Positions 35,743 to 45,902 of a stretch of DNA of 64,000 nucleotides are shown one piece after another; position 1 is the first letter of the stretch; every line of letters begins with the position of its first letter. The notes under the pieces are model-generated. The model was not told the DNA's origin. It was given only the letters and a program-made list of their open reading frames with translations, and ran no database searches. The DNA lies in the IMG/VR virus record IMGVR_UViG_3300020050_015145, positions 1 to 64,000 of that record, one strand, 5' to 3'. The stretch is from a virus (lineage: Duplodnaviria; Caudoviricetes). The translations under genes were made by a program, and so were the position numbers.

Positions 35743-37681
35743 CTTCTTCTATGGGGTCAGGTTTGGGACTTGGAAACAGTACAGGCAAAGCCAGCGGCTT
35801 GGGGATGGCACTGCTGTATTTTTCGGACAGGCTCAAAAGCAATTCCTGTTGACTTTTCAGGTCTAACAGGTAGAATTCGGGGCTTGCCATTTCAGCTTCG
35901 TCCAACAATGCATTAAGCAATACCGAAAAAATCAACTGCTTTACCATGGCTTTGTGTGAATCGCTGCCCGTTTCGGCCATTTGCGAAAACAAATTCAGCA
36001 GCAACACTTTTTCAGCAGGCTTGTATTCGCGGTGCGGGTCCAGCCGTGATTTGATGGTGTACCTTTTGTATTCCGCCGAATCTTTCCCTGCCTGGTATTC
36101 AATCATTCTGGATTGAATGATACTTATCAGTGCAGTGTCGTACCCGTTTGAAATAGCTTCGTTTAACTCGGCCCGGGTTTCGTCCATGCCCGAAAGCATA
36201 AAGCGACTTGGCGCAATGACCTTGGGTAGTTGTGTATCGTCCACGCCTTGGAGTCCAAACATATAATTGGCCTCGCACAAATACCCCCATTGCAACAGAT
36301 TGCACAGGTGTTTGGCCAGTGTAATGCAGTCGCGGTAGAATTCCTCCCGATCCACTTCTTTGGCCGTACCTGATTCAATCAGCGGCGTACGGTTGTGAAA
36401 CGCCATGTGAACATCCGCGTAAGCTTCGTCCACTTTGCGCTTGTATTCGCTTACCAATTCACGCACCGATTCAATGGGTCTTGGGATAAATCCGCCCGGC
36501 ACGGGAGGAACATTGCCGATGGCATTATCGGTAAATCCCTCTTTTTTGGGCATGGAATAAACAATAAAATCCAGCGCACTGGACCCGATTTCCATTCCTG
36601 ACCCCTGACAGTGGCCGCACGGCTTTTTCTCGCCCGTCAGCAATCCTTCCCGGTCGCGTACCGAAATAAAACCTTTGTTGCAATCGTCGGCCGAACACGG
36701 CTTGGTTGCAATTCGGTATTCCTGACTGTTGACGTGATAATTGAATTCAATCTGAATGTCACTGTAGCGCGACTGAGCGTCTTTGATGTGCTCCAGTGCA
36801 TTGGTGACGGTCGAAGAAAACAACTCTTCCCCTTTGCCGTTGAATTTCAGGCGTTTCTTGCCGATTTTTCGGGCAGGTATGCCTTGACAACGGTGCAAAA
36901 ACGGAGTAAACAGCGTTAAAACCTCGTTGCTTTCGGGAGAAATCTCATTTGAAAGCCCCCAAATGGAAAAATTGCTTTTCAGCGCTTTGTTGCTGCCGGT
37001 ACGCATTGTTTCCCGAACCACCGTATAGCTTTCGTCGTCGAAGAAATACAGCAGCAATCCGTTGTTTTCTATCTTGCCGGTTGCTTCGTTGATGACTTTT
37101 ACTTCACGCATTGAGCGAAGCACGGCGTACTTGCCTTTTCTGAACGCAAGTACATTCTCGCAGGAAATCAGCTCTGCTTTGGGTTTAAAGTAATCCGTAT
37201 CCGATGCGGGTATTTCGTGCGGAACAAACGCCAATACGGCATTGGGGTCTTTGACAAATTCTTCTTTCACAAAGTCAAAGAACCAGTCCTGAAAACCCGA
37301 TTTTTCCACAAAGGAAGATTTATCGTGGGCTTTCAGCAGCTCGGTTTGCTTACCTTCCGACTTCCAGACCACCGAAAAATCATCGCTCTCCGGAATGTAG
37401 TCCAAGCGCTCAATTTGTTTGTCCAAAAACCCTTTGAGCGGATTGCGGTATACCTCTTGACGATACTTTCTATGGTCTTTTTTCTCCCGTGGCCTGTTTT
37501 TATTCAGGTAATCGGGGTATTCATCCCCGAAAGCTTCTTCAATGTCTTTTTTGATTTTTTCGCTCTCCTCATAATATTCGTGCGTCATTCCTTTAGGCAG
37601 TTTCCCGTCTATTGAAATATTTTTAAGTACATCCAGGATTTGCGAAAGCTTCAGCATAACAGGTAAGTAACTGAGGGACAT
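35729..37681 (-). CDS. Portal protein (putative)
   Basis: 650 aa directly upstream of the MuF-like gene; ESGTAKEVDRE motif. Confidence 0.7.
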   Translation of the reverse strand: MSLSYLPVMLKLSQILDVLKNISIDGKLPKGMTHEYYEESEKIKKDIEEAFGDEYPDYLNKNRPREKKDHRKYRQEVYRNPLKGFLDKQIERLDYIPESDDFSVVWKSEGKQTELLKAHDKSSFVEKSGFQDWFFDFVKEEFVKDPNAVLAFVPHEIPASDTDYFKPKAELISCENVLAFRKGKYAVLRSMREVKVINEATGKIENNGLLLYFFDDESYTVVRETMRTGSNKALKSNFSIWGLSNEISPESNEVLTLFTPFLHRCQGIPARKIGKKRLKFNGKGEELFSSTVTNALEHIKDAQSRYSDIQIEFNYHVNSQEYRIATKPCSADDCNKGFISVRDREGLLTGEKKPCGHCQGSGMEIGSSALDFIVYSMPKKEGFTDNAIGNVPPVPGGFIPRPIESVRELVSEYKRKVDEAYADVHMAFHNRTPLIESGTAKEVDREEFYRDCITLAKHLCNLLQWGYLCEANYMFGLQGVDDTQLPKVIAPSRFMLSGMDETRAELNEAISNGYDTALISIIQSRMIEYQAGKDSAEYKRYTIKSRLDPHREYKPAEKVLLLNLFSQMAETGSDSHKAMVKQLIFSVLLNALLDEAEMASPEFYLLDLKSQQELLLSLSEKYSSAIPKPLALPVLFPSPKPDPIEEDGAD

Positions 37682-37711
37682 TTGCGCCCCTCAGTTGATT
37701 TTTATGGGGAA

Positions 37712-38662
37712 TTAAGCGGCAACAACCACTTTAAAGCAGTAATACCCGAAAATGCCTACTTCGTTTTCAAAGGCGTGTGTAAAGCGGTGCGTGCCCGCGC
37801 TGAGCGTGGTCAGGCTGACGACTCCCGTGGACGGGTTGACGCTTCCCGCTACGCCTGACGGCATAGCTTCGTTGTCGTTGTAATACAGATAGTGCTTGCC
37901 GCAACCTTTGGCCTCCACTACGTCCCGCGTAAAACCACAGGTACCTGAAGTGGTACGGTTGAAAGTGATACAGTCACCGGCGCATCCTTCCTGTTGGGTG
38001 CAGTTAACCAAAGACCCGATGGTATCAAAGGTGTAAGCAATACCTTCGGCATCCAAATCAGCCACCTTTACGCCCAAATCTGGCACCAATTCACCGTTTT
38101 TGTTGTTCCACGCCACGGAGAATTTACCCGAAATAATGGAGTTGCGCTGACCCGGTACGCTGTGGCCAAGGTTTTTGAAGATGGGTTTGTTGTCCTCCCA
38201 GTCTACTTTTTGTACTGTCGTTTCCGTAAAAAGAAAAACATCTTTCCCCTTGGTGTTCCGACGCAGATCATTGAAGAAAGGAATGTTCAAAAAGAAGTGT
38301 TTGAAGGTAAAGTTCGCTACTTCATTTACCTCGCCCGTAGGCCGTGCCTCAACGGCCAAACCGTAGGCTTCCGGCTCCAGCACTTCTGTTGGCATGGGCT
38401 TTTCGCCGTTGATGGTGCCGTGCCCAAAAAGCCACGCACCGCCCTGAAACGCCAAATCTTTCAGGTTTTCAAACATGTTTGCCGCCGTGATCACCACAGC
38501 ATCTTCGGCCGCGTTGGTATAGGTACCACCCACGCCGGGAAATTTCCCTTTGTTCACTATGGCAACGGCTATGTAATTGCCGCTCGGGGCCTTTTTTTTA
38601 TCGGTTTGGCGAAGCGCATTAGCCTCCACATCGCCCACCAGAAAGTCAACTAATCCGCTCAT
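37712..38662 (-). CDS. Major tail (tube) protein with C-terminal Ig-like domain (putative)
   Basis: Beta-rich 316 aa; C-terminal SVNPSTGVVSL...AGTHRF. Confidence 0.55.
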   Translation of the reverse strand: MSGLVDFLVGDVEANALRQTDKKKAPSGNYIAVAIVNKGKFPGVGGTYTNAAEDAVVITAANMFENLKDLAFQGGAWLFGHGTINGEKPMPTEVLEPEAYGLAVEARPTGEVNEVANFTFKHFFLNIPFFNDLRRNTKGKDVFLFTETTVQKVDWEDNKPIFKNLGHSVPGQRNSIISGKFSVAWNNKNGELVPDLGVKVADLDAEGIAYTFDTIGSLVNCTQQEGCAGDCITFNRTTSGTCGFTRDVVEAKGCGKHYLYYNDNEAMPSGVAGSVNPSTGVVSLTTLSAGTHRFTHAFENEVGIFGYYCFKVVVAA

Positions 38663-38700
38663 ACCGCTCTCCTCGTTTTATTAATAATGAAAATAAGTAA

Positions 38701-38940
38701 TTACTTAATTATGTGGGTGTAGGTTCCGGGCAACTCCCGCTTTAAAACCACAATGGCCACGTTTTCCGCCGCTACCGCCTCTCCCCATTTTTCGCCGTTA
38801 ATTTCCACCGTAACGGTTTTGCCCGTTTCGGCTTTGACCACAAACGTATTTTTGTTGGCAATGTAGTCCAGTTGGGTTTTTACCTTTTTTGGTTTTTCCA
38901 CTGCCACTACCGCCTTTTCTTCTTCCTTTGGAGTCTCCAT
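38701..38940 (-). CDS. Hypothetical protein
   Basis: 79 aa ORF. Confidence 0.65.
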   Translation of the reverse strand: METPKEEEKAVVAVEKPKKVKTQLDYIANKNTFVVKAETGKTVTVEINGEKWGEAVAAENVAIVVLKRELPGTYTHIIK

Positions 38941-38941
38941 G

Positions 38942-39859
38942 TTAGTATATTGTTGAACTGATTACAATTTCATCGGGTGTATCGGTCTTTACCCGCACCC
39001 GCATGGTATAGGCTCCGGCTCCCGGCACAACGTACGTGCCCGAAACCCACCTTTTCCCGCCTACCAGTACCATGTCGGCAAACGAGCCCGATACGCCGTC
39101 TATTTTCCCTTCCAAAGCGTATGTACTGTCAGCAATCAATTTCACATTTACGCCGTCCTGAACGTAAGAAGCATTGGAAATTTCACTGTCCTCGGGAGGA
39201 GGCGAAGTAGAGGTAACGGTAAAAGATACGGTTGTAAAACGCGTGTCGTCTTCGGCATCAATCACCTTTACTTCATACGTGCCGTTAACGGTATAGTTCT
39301 TGGCATCAATGTTGCTCGGTTCGTCCTCATCAAACTGAATCAAAAACCCGCTCAACGCACCCGTTACATCTTCCACCGTTACAGTCGTAGTGCCGTAGTT
39401 GCGGTCAATTCGCAGGTTAAAGGCGATTGTTTGTGCGGGGATTTTCTCGTAAAAAGTACTGTTTACTTCGGCAACCCGATTGATTGATTCAGGATTGTAC
39501 ACATCCGGTACCTGTGTATCGGTATCGGCTTCGTATTCGTCCACGGGAATCTGTACTTCGTCCACTTCTACTGTCACGGGCCTTTCCCATCCGGTGTGCA
39601 ATTCTCCCGAAGGCAGTACCGTAATACCGCCCATGGTATAATAGCCCACCGATGTCAGGTAGGCAATAATGCGCTGACCTTCGGCCAAAGCGGGTGAAAC
39701 CGTAATGGATACCTCTCCGCCTGACAACTCTCCCGTTCCCAAAACACTTTGGTCGCTGTCATCGCAGACAAAAACGTCGGTACCTTCCACGGCATCCGCC
39801 TGCACTTTTACGAGCGTACTGCCATCTGTGTATCCGTCATAAATGAATGCTAATGCCAT
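38942..39859 (-). CDS. Acidic beta-rich structural protein (Ig-like domains)
   Basis: 305 aa, Thr/Val/Asp-rich, within the tail region. Confidence 0.6.
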   Translation of the reverse strand: MALAFIYDGYTDGSTLVKVQADAVEGTDVFVCDDSDQSVLGTGELSGGEVSITVSPALAEGQRIIAYLTSVGYYTMGGITVLPSGELHTGWERPVTVEVDEVQIPVDEYEADTDTQVPDVYNPESINRVAEVNSTFYEKIPAQTIAFNLRIDRNYGTTTVTVEDVTGALSGFLIQFDEDEPSNIDAKNYTVNGTYEVKVIDAEDDTRFTTVSFTVTSTSPPPEDSEISNASYVQDGVNVKLIADSTYALEGKIDGVSGSFADMVLVGGKRWVSGTYVVPGAGAYTMRVRVKTDTPDEIVISSTIY

Positions 39860-39862
39860 GTG

Positions 39863-42220
39863 TTAATTGGAAAAGTCGTCTGAGAAATCGTCGTTGAAAC
39901 TTGCCAAATACAGGGTTTCTTTTTCCGCTACGTACTCTGTTACTTCATAATCGCCGTAAACGGCTTCAGGCTCAAAAACTACGGACGGAGCAGCGGCTTT
40001 TTCACAGTAGATTTCGAGCTCTTTACCGCTCTCCACCCTTACCAATCGCCTCAACCTTGCCTTAGACTGCCCCGGCACCACTCCGCTCACCGTTTCAAAC
40101 CCCTCGGGTGCTATCCGTATTTTTCTTGCATCGCCGTCGTTATAGATAAGAATCTGATATTCACCGGCGCTTAAAATATTGCTGCCCTGTTGCAACTCTG
40201 ACTCAAAACTGTCTGTTTTCAGTAGTATTCGCAAGCCGTAGTCAAACCCGTGCAGGGTGACCCCTCCGCAACGCATTGGCTTTGAGTCGGTTGCAAAGTA
40301 GGTGGTTTTGTTGTTGCGCTCTTCGGCCGGTACCATCATGGCTTTGGCCTGTTTTTTTTGCGACAGTTCTGAGATGATCATTTCGGTATATTCACCTTCG
40401 CAGTAATACGCTTTGTCATCAACCCACACGTTGGAATGCTTGAGCCACGCGGCCAATACCTGATGAAAGTCAGCGTTTTCCGCCCGCGTTACCAATTCTC
40501 TGACCTGCTCAATTTTAGTGCTCGCCCTGCGGTAACCGCCGTTAAGCAAGCCCGTTCTATTTTCCGATATGCGTTGCTTGGGAATGCGCAGATATACAGG
40601 CAGACGAATGCGCTGGGTTGTTTTTTCGTAGTACTCGTATCCCACGGCATCAAAGCTGTCAGCCACTTCCAGAAGGCTTGTTTCGGGCGATTCGCCCACC
40701 AATTCCACTAAGTTGCTGTATGCCAATACCTGCTCGGTACGGGAATTATAGAGTTGAATACTGTAGGTTTGGTCTAATGCCAAATCCGACCAGTCCACCT
40801 CCAAAACCAAATGACTACTTTTGAAAATGCGCGGCTGCTGAATAATGCTTACGTCACAAATATCTTCATCGGTGTATCTTTTGCCGACTTTGGCGTAACA
40901 TTTCAAAACGCTGTTTTCCGGCACTTCCAACAAATCCACTTCTCCGCTCAATCCCAAGGCAATACCCACCGTTTCGGCTGTATCACCAGCGGTGGCAATG
41001 TAGGAGGTTTCGCCCAAAAAGTATTGATTGCCTTTTTGAACGTCGGCTCCTGTAATGATGCGGTATTTGTCTTTGGTTGCCGCCGCAATGGATTGTTGGT
41101 CAGATAAATAAATGCGCGGCGTGTTAATATTGTCCACGCGCTGTATCCCCGCAATGGCCAGCCACTCCGGAACCGTACCTTCGGGTACTTCGTAATACCC
41201 GCTTACTTCCGTTAAAGCGGCTTTGACGGTGGCAATGGTGTCACTTGCCGTAGCGGTGTATGATTTCAGTGCTGTGCCTGTGGCCTGAATTTGATAGGTG
41301 TTGCCGGGCACAATGCTTGCTCCGATGGATACTTCATACCTGTCTTCGCTGCTTAGGGTATCCACGTACGAAAGTTCAATTCGTGGTGTATTGCTGTTGA
41401 CAATTGTTCTGGCCCCTTTGGTAGCCAATGGACTGACCACTTCCGATTGCAATACAACCAAACGCTCTGCTGCTGCGAGAAGGGCTTTTTTTACCGTTTC
41501 GGCGTCGTCTCCGCTTTGGGCTTCGTAGCTGATTCCGCCCAATTCAAACAAATTGCCCGGCTCTACATTTTCAATAACCAATTCAAAGCTAAACTGTGCT
41601 GCGTAGCTGACCGTACCCAAAAAGATTGCTGCCAGCGAAGGGGAATTGGTATTGTATTCCGATACCCGACCGATGCCAATACTGACTTCTTCATCATCCA
41701 TGTAAAAGCGCTTATTGGTATAGACCCGAACGGCCAAAAGCGTTCCTTTTCTATGGACAATCACTTTGGCAAAAGGATAACTTTCAAAATGCGCCTGCAC
41801 TTTGGCCGCGTAGGATTCGGCATCGGTCGCCGTTTGCCTGACTGTGCCCAATACAGTTTGCCCGTTGGAGCGGGTTAAAGCAAACTGTCGGTATGCACTT
41901 TGGGTGGAGGCCTCGTTGATTTTAATGACGAATTCCGTATAGCTTTCGCAGTGCTGCTTTCTCAGTACAGCTCTTCGCTCCGTATCCGAAAACGTTTCAT
42001 TGTCCCACACACCCAAGGTTTCCACGCACTGCATGATTCTTGGCTGTATGTCGCTTAGATTTTGGCCGCGCAAAACGCTGTTTTTGATAAGCAACCGCCA
42101 TGAATCCCCGTCTTTGGCCTCCCACGTACGGAGCTTTTGGGTAGGATGGTACAGGTTTTTGGCCTGCGCTGTGGGGTCGTCAGTGACGAATTCCAGAAAA
42201 TTAATGAATCTGTTATTCAT
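39863..42220 (-). CDS. Tail or baseplate protein with three internal repeats
   Basis: 785 aa; GN.(F/Y)...Y.A..(G/S)D...TV..AL occurs three times. Confidence 0.65.
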   Translation of the reverse strand: MNNRFINFLEFVTDDPTAQAKNLYHPTQKLRTWEAKDGDSWRLLIKNSVLRGQNLSDIQPRIMQCVETLGVWDNETFSDTERRAVLRKQHCESYTEFVIKINEASTQSAYRQFALTRSNGQTVLGTVRQTATDAESYAAKVQAHFESYPFAKVIVHRKGTLLAVRVYTNKRFYMDDEEVSIGIGRVSEYNTNSPSLAAIFLGTVSYAAQFSFELVIENVEPGNLFELGGISYEAQSGDDAETVKKALLAAAERLVVLQSEVVSPLATKGARTIVNSNTPRIELSYVDTLSSEDRYEVSIGASIVPGNTYQIQATGTALKSYTATASDTIATVKAALTEVSGYYEVPEGTVPEWLAIAGIQRVDNINTPRIYLSDQQSIAAATKDKYRIITGADVQKGNQYFLGETSYIATAGDTAETVGIALGLSGEVDLLEVPENSVLKCYAKVGKRYTDEDICDVSIIQQPRIFKSSHLVLEVDWSDLALDQTYSIQLYNSRTEQVLAYSNLVELVGESPETSLLEVADSFDAVGYEYYEKTTQRIRLPVYLRIPKQRISENRTGLLNGGYRRASTKIEQVRELVTRAENADFHQVLAAWLKHSNVWVDDKAYYCEGEYTEMIISELSQKKQAKAMMVPAEERNNKTTYFATDSKPMRCGGVTLHGFDYGLRILLKTDSFESELQQGSNILSAGEYQILIYNDGDARKIRIAPEGFETVSGVVPGQSKARLRRLVRVESGKELEIYCEKAAAPSVVFEPEAVYGDYEVTEYVAEKETLYLASFNDDFSDDFSN

Positions 42221-42567
42221 GGCGTTACGGAAATGTCTAAATAAAACTGATTGTCTTCTTGGTAGGTAGAGTCGGCACGATAGCCGCCCCGATTCAGATT
42301 AATGATGTACGAATGCCGACCTCCGGGCAAAACGCTGTATGAATATCCGCTTGGCACCGCGTAGTGAAACCCTGTCATTATCATATCCAATGCCTGTATC
42401 AATTCAAAATGAGGCTTCGGATTGTCAACCCATGGAATGGCAATCAAATCGCAGTCCCGATTCAAAGAGCCGTGTAAAACCAAATTGTATCCCATTTCGC
42501 GGGCTTTTTCCTGCAAAATCCCTAAATAATGGGCGTATAACATGGGCTTGGTTTTGATGGGCTTCAT
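42217..42567 (-). CDS. Small protein with nucleotidyltransferase-like motif
   Basis: LHGSLNRDCDLIAIPW (GS...DxD). Confidence 0.55.
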   Translation of the reverse strand: MKPIKTKPMLYAHYLGILQEKAREMGYNLVLHGSLNRDCDLIAIPWVDNPKPHFELIQALDMIMTGFHYAVPSGYSYSVLPGGRHSYIINLNRGGYRADSTYQEDNQFYLDISVTP

Positions 42568-42577
42568 AGCATTGGTA

Positions 42578-42940
42578 TTAATCCTGAATTTTCAGCGTTT
42601 TTGTTCCTTTGGTGAACCTGCTTTTGTAGGTCTGTTTCATGCCGTTGAAGTATTCATCCCGATTGACTTCGTTATAGAAATACAGAATCGGAGCACCGGA
42701 TTGATTACAGATGGTAAAGAAATTGAGCGGGTTTCCTTTCGGACGGTTTTCTTCCACCGTTATCAAATAAGAAATGCCGCGTCCAAGGTCGTTTATAGCT
42801 TCGTCCGTTTGTGTATCGCGCACTTGGATTTTTCCCAATTGAGCACTTAGTTCGTCAAATTTTTTAACGGCTTTTTTAGCCAAAACAAGTACCGCCGCAG
42901 TCAGCGACAAAAAGGTGATTATGTGCAGTAAAATTTCCAT
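42578..42940 (-). CDS. Membrane-anchored hypothetical protein
   Basis: N-terminal TM segment. Confidence 0.65.
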   Translation of the reverse strand: MEILLHIITFLSLTAAVLVLAKKAVKKFDELSAQLGKIQVRDTQTDEAINDLGRGISYLITVEENRPKGNPLNFFTICNQSGAPILYFYNEVNRDEYFNGMKQTYKSRFTKGTKTLKIQD

Positions 42941-42962
42941 GTTTCTATTGGTTTGTTTGTGA

Positions 42963-43379
42963 TTATTTACCCCTCATTAATTTTAAACATTGCCTCATTA
43001 TATGTGTGTGCAAATAGGCTTCGCACTCATATTCATTATCCCTTTTCAATACGAGAGGAAGGAAAAATTGGCAGATATGAAGCACCTCATGTGCCAATTT
43101 GCAGTAGTCCTCATCCTCAAATCTAAAAGGCGTTTTCAGTATGATATAGAAGTAAAGGACATCCCGCCCGTGCTCGTTTATACTGCTTCTCAATGCGCAC
43201 CAATCGCCCCCATTTGTGAGCAATTGCTCGTGCATCTTTATGCCGAAAACCCATTCATTGCACTTTTGCGCTTCCAACTCTTTGACAATCTCCTCATACG
43301 CAAAACCGTTGCAGAATAGAATGTCGGTTGGAAATATTCCCATATTCAGTATGCCAAGTACCTTTTTAGATTTTTTCAC
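42963..43379 (-). CDS. HExxH-motif hypothetical protein
   Basis: LAHEVLH motif. Confidence 0.65.
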   Translation of the reverse strand: MKKSKKVLGILNMGIFPTDILFCNGFAYEEIVKELEAQKCNEWVFGIKMHEQLLTNGGDWCALRSSINEHGRDVLYFYIILKTPFRFEDEDYCKLAHEVLHICQFFLPLVLKRDNEYECEAYLHTHIMRQCLKLMRGK

Positions 43380-43783
43380 TTTTTAATCAAGGTTAACTCT
43401 TCACCCGTAAGAGCATGAAAAATATTTTGCAGTTGGTGGATAAATTCGAGCTTATAGTAAAGGCTAACATCTTCATTGTCAATTTTTATCTTCCAGCTAT
43501 AATAGGGCTCGCCACCGTAGTTTGAGGTTACAAAACAAACCTCGAAGTCATACATTTTTTCAACCAACCTCTTTCCAATATACCTAACCTCTGACTCGTA
43601 TCGATTAACGGTTCGTTCCTCTTGGTATGTTAAGCCGAATTTTGGCATCCAATCTTTTGAGATTGGAATGGGCCCGGCCCCAATTGCCTTTCTGACAAAG
43701 TCGTTGACTATTTCAGGTGTGCCGGTAATTACATTGCCGACACCATTAAAAATCGCATTTCCAAGTAAATCTCTTGCTTCCAT
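43376..43783 (-). CDS. Hypothetical phage protein
   Basis: Likely start MEARDLL; C-terminal FIHQLQNIFHALTGEEL. Confidence 0.7.
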   Translation of the reverse strand: MEARDLLGNAIFNGVGNVITGTPEIVNDFVRKAIGAGPIPISKDWMPKFGLTYQEERTVNRYESEVRYIGKRLVEKMYDFEVCFVTSNYGGEPYYSWKIKIDNEDVSLYYKLEFIHQLQNIFHALTGEELTLIKK

Positions 43784-43785
43784 AA

Positions 43786-45606
43786 TCAATCCTTTAAAAC
43801 CCAACCTTCCACAATCGTATTGGCTTCCGCTCCGCTTCCTGCGGCCCCCGGTCGAAACGTGGCTGACATAACCAATACCCGCCAACTTTTTCCACCGTCG
43901 TAAAAGGTTAGCACATCACCCAAAGCTGCCCATTCCGCCCCGGTCAATACACCTTGTACCAGCGCTATATCATCCGTGAAATAACGTGATATTCCGTTTT
44001 GAACCCATGCCGAAGTATCGGGACTGCCGTCCGTCTTAGTGAGCTTGGCAGAGGAAACACCCCAAAAGTTTTCCCACCGCGCCAAAATCTGTTTAAGGGC
44101 AAGATTAGCGCCTTTGATAAACAGTTGTTCGTCGTTGATTTCGTCTTTGTCAATCCGACTGCCGCCCCAATCAAACTGCATTCTGCGAATAGCCTCCATA
44201 AGTTTTTCGGAGGCACATAAATCCATTGACACCAAATCCATAATTTCGGAGATTTTTTTCAGACCGGTACTGTAATCTTCATTGCCGTAGATTTCCTCCC
44301 GTCCCGTAGGTGTACTGCTCTGCCAGCGGTTAAACCCAGCCCTGACCCGACTCACCAATAGATTCATATTGGGTACAAATTCGTACGAGCTCACATCCCG
44401 CATAACAACGCCGCCTGCCAGCCCCGCCAAAAAATCGTTGCGGTTTGCGATACGGATTTGATTATTGGTATTTCTTAAAAGCATCAGCGGGTACAGCTTG
44501 GATAAATCATCCCAAATACCGCCAAAACTTACTTTGAGCGGGGCCGATTTTACGCCTCGAAGTTGCTGTCCGTTCGTTATCCAATCCGTTTCCAGTTCGG
44601 GTACATTGTTAACAATGGTGATTTCGGGAGTGATTTTGGCCGATATGGCTTTGAGTAGGTCAATACTTGAAATCACCTTAGCTGTACTGTCGGCAATGGC
44701 GATGTCTTGGTTGACGCACAAATACGACTCTTTAACATCGTAGTTGAACTCAAAATCGGTGCTTTCTTCGTCAAAGTCTTTGTTCTGAACAAACAATTCA
44801 CCACCCACGGGCACATTTACTATCAAATCCACGGCATAGGTTTTCTTTTCTAAAACCGAAGTAATAACAATACTTGTAGTAGGGTAGGAGATGACCTCGT
44901 TTCCATTGATGACATACACCACAATGCGCCCGTTGGTCGCCGTAGCGCTTCGGTGAGAAACCACAATCCGCGCCGTGAGTTGCAGTCGCCTTTCACCCGC
45001 CGTAGTGTTGCGCCAAATCGGCTGTTGCTGATACACATTGGTAACAGTGGCCGGATCTCCCGTCGCATCGGCCCGCGTGGTTTCGGCCAGCCATGCCGGA
45101 TAGTGCGCCAAACTCTTTTCCAGTCCGTTCACTTTCCACGCAACCCTTGCCAGATTAGGGTCAACGGAGTGGGTTTTTTCCTGCGCCAAACTTAGCGCCT
45201 GCAACGTCACTTCTTTGTTGGGCAGTATGTTTACCCTTGTATCGGCCTGCATGTCCAAGGCTTCCACGTAGCCCGAATCCCGTAGCGTCACACTCCACCC
45301 GTCGCGGCGTACGCGAATATTGGCAAAGTTGATTTCTGAATCAATCAGTACAGCCCCGGTATCATCCACCATTTGGTAAGTCACGGAGGCATCCACTAAT
45401 TTCTTCTCTTTGGCCGCTTTCAGGATTTCAATGGCCATGGGTTCTTCAAAAAGGATTTCCCCGATGCCGCGCACTCTGCCGATATTGTTGCGAAGCATTC
45501 CCCAAAAACGGCGTGAGCGTATTTTTTCAAAATACACCCCTGCCGAACCGCTCGGTTCTTCAATCAATATGCCGCTTACGGCGTTTCCGTCCAAGTAGTG
45601 CCTCAT
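43786..45606 (-). CDS. Tail protein (hub/distal-type, putative)
   Basis: 606 aa, downstream of the tape measure gene. Confidence 0.65.
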   Translation of the reverse strand: MRHYLDGNAVSGILIEEPSGSAGVYFEKIRSRRFWGMLRNNIGRVRGIGEILFEEPMAIEILKAAKEKKLVDASVTYQMVDDTGAVLIDSEINFANIRVRRDGWSVTLRDSGYVEALDMQADTRVNILPNKEVTLQALSLAQEKTHSVDPNLARVAWKVNGLEKSLAHYPAWLAETTRADATGDPATVTNVYQQQPIWRNTTAGERRLQLTARIVVSHRSATATNGRIVVYVINGNEVISYPTTSIVITSVLEKKTYAVDLIVNVPVGGELFVQNKDFDEESTDFEFNYDVKESYLCVNQDIAIADSTAKVISSIDLLKAISAKITPEITIVNNVPELETDWITNGQQLRGVKSAPLKVSFGGIWDDLSKLYPLMLLRNTNNQIRIANRNDFLAGLAGGVVMRDVSSYEFVPNMNLLVSRVRAGFNRWQSSTPTGREEIYGNEDYSTGLKKISEIMDLVSMDLCASEKLMEAIRRMQFDWGGSRIDKDEINDEQLFIKGANLALKQILARWENFWGVSSAKLTKTDGSPDTSAWVQNGISRYFTDDIALVQGVLTGAEWAALGDVLTFYDGGKSWRVLVMSATFRPGAAGSGAEANTIVEGWVLKD

Positions 45607-45902
45607 TTTCTTTTGACGGGTTTGTCAATGGATTCTCCCATTTGGTTTTCAAATTCCATTTCAACCATATCCCGCACCTCCAAAATGCGCTCAATCTGCC
45701 CGGAGCGTACACTTTCGGGCTGATGCAGATACAAAGTGATGGTGTGCAAAGCGTTGAATACTCTGACGGACTGGGCTTTGGTCAATGTAATGTGCCCGCG
45801 TTTGCGCTTGGCCATGCCCAGTATTTGACGAAGCATGTTGTGATTGGCGCGGCCTATTTCTTCCTGCGTACGTTGTTTGGTTGGTTTGACAGGTGGCATC
45901 AT
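45603..45902 (-). CDS. Hypothetical protein
   Basis: 99 aa with ATGA overlaps on both sides. Confidence 0.65.
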   Translation of the reverse strand: MMPPVKPTKQRTQEEIGRANHNMLRQILGMAKRKRGHITLTKAQSVRVFNALHTITLYLHQPESVRSGQIERILEVRDMVEMEFENQMGESIDKPVKRK

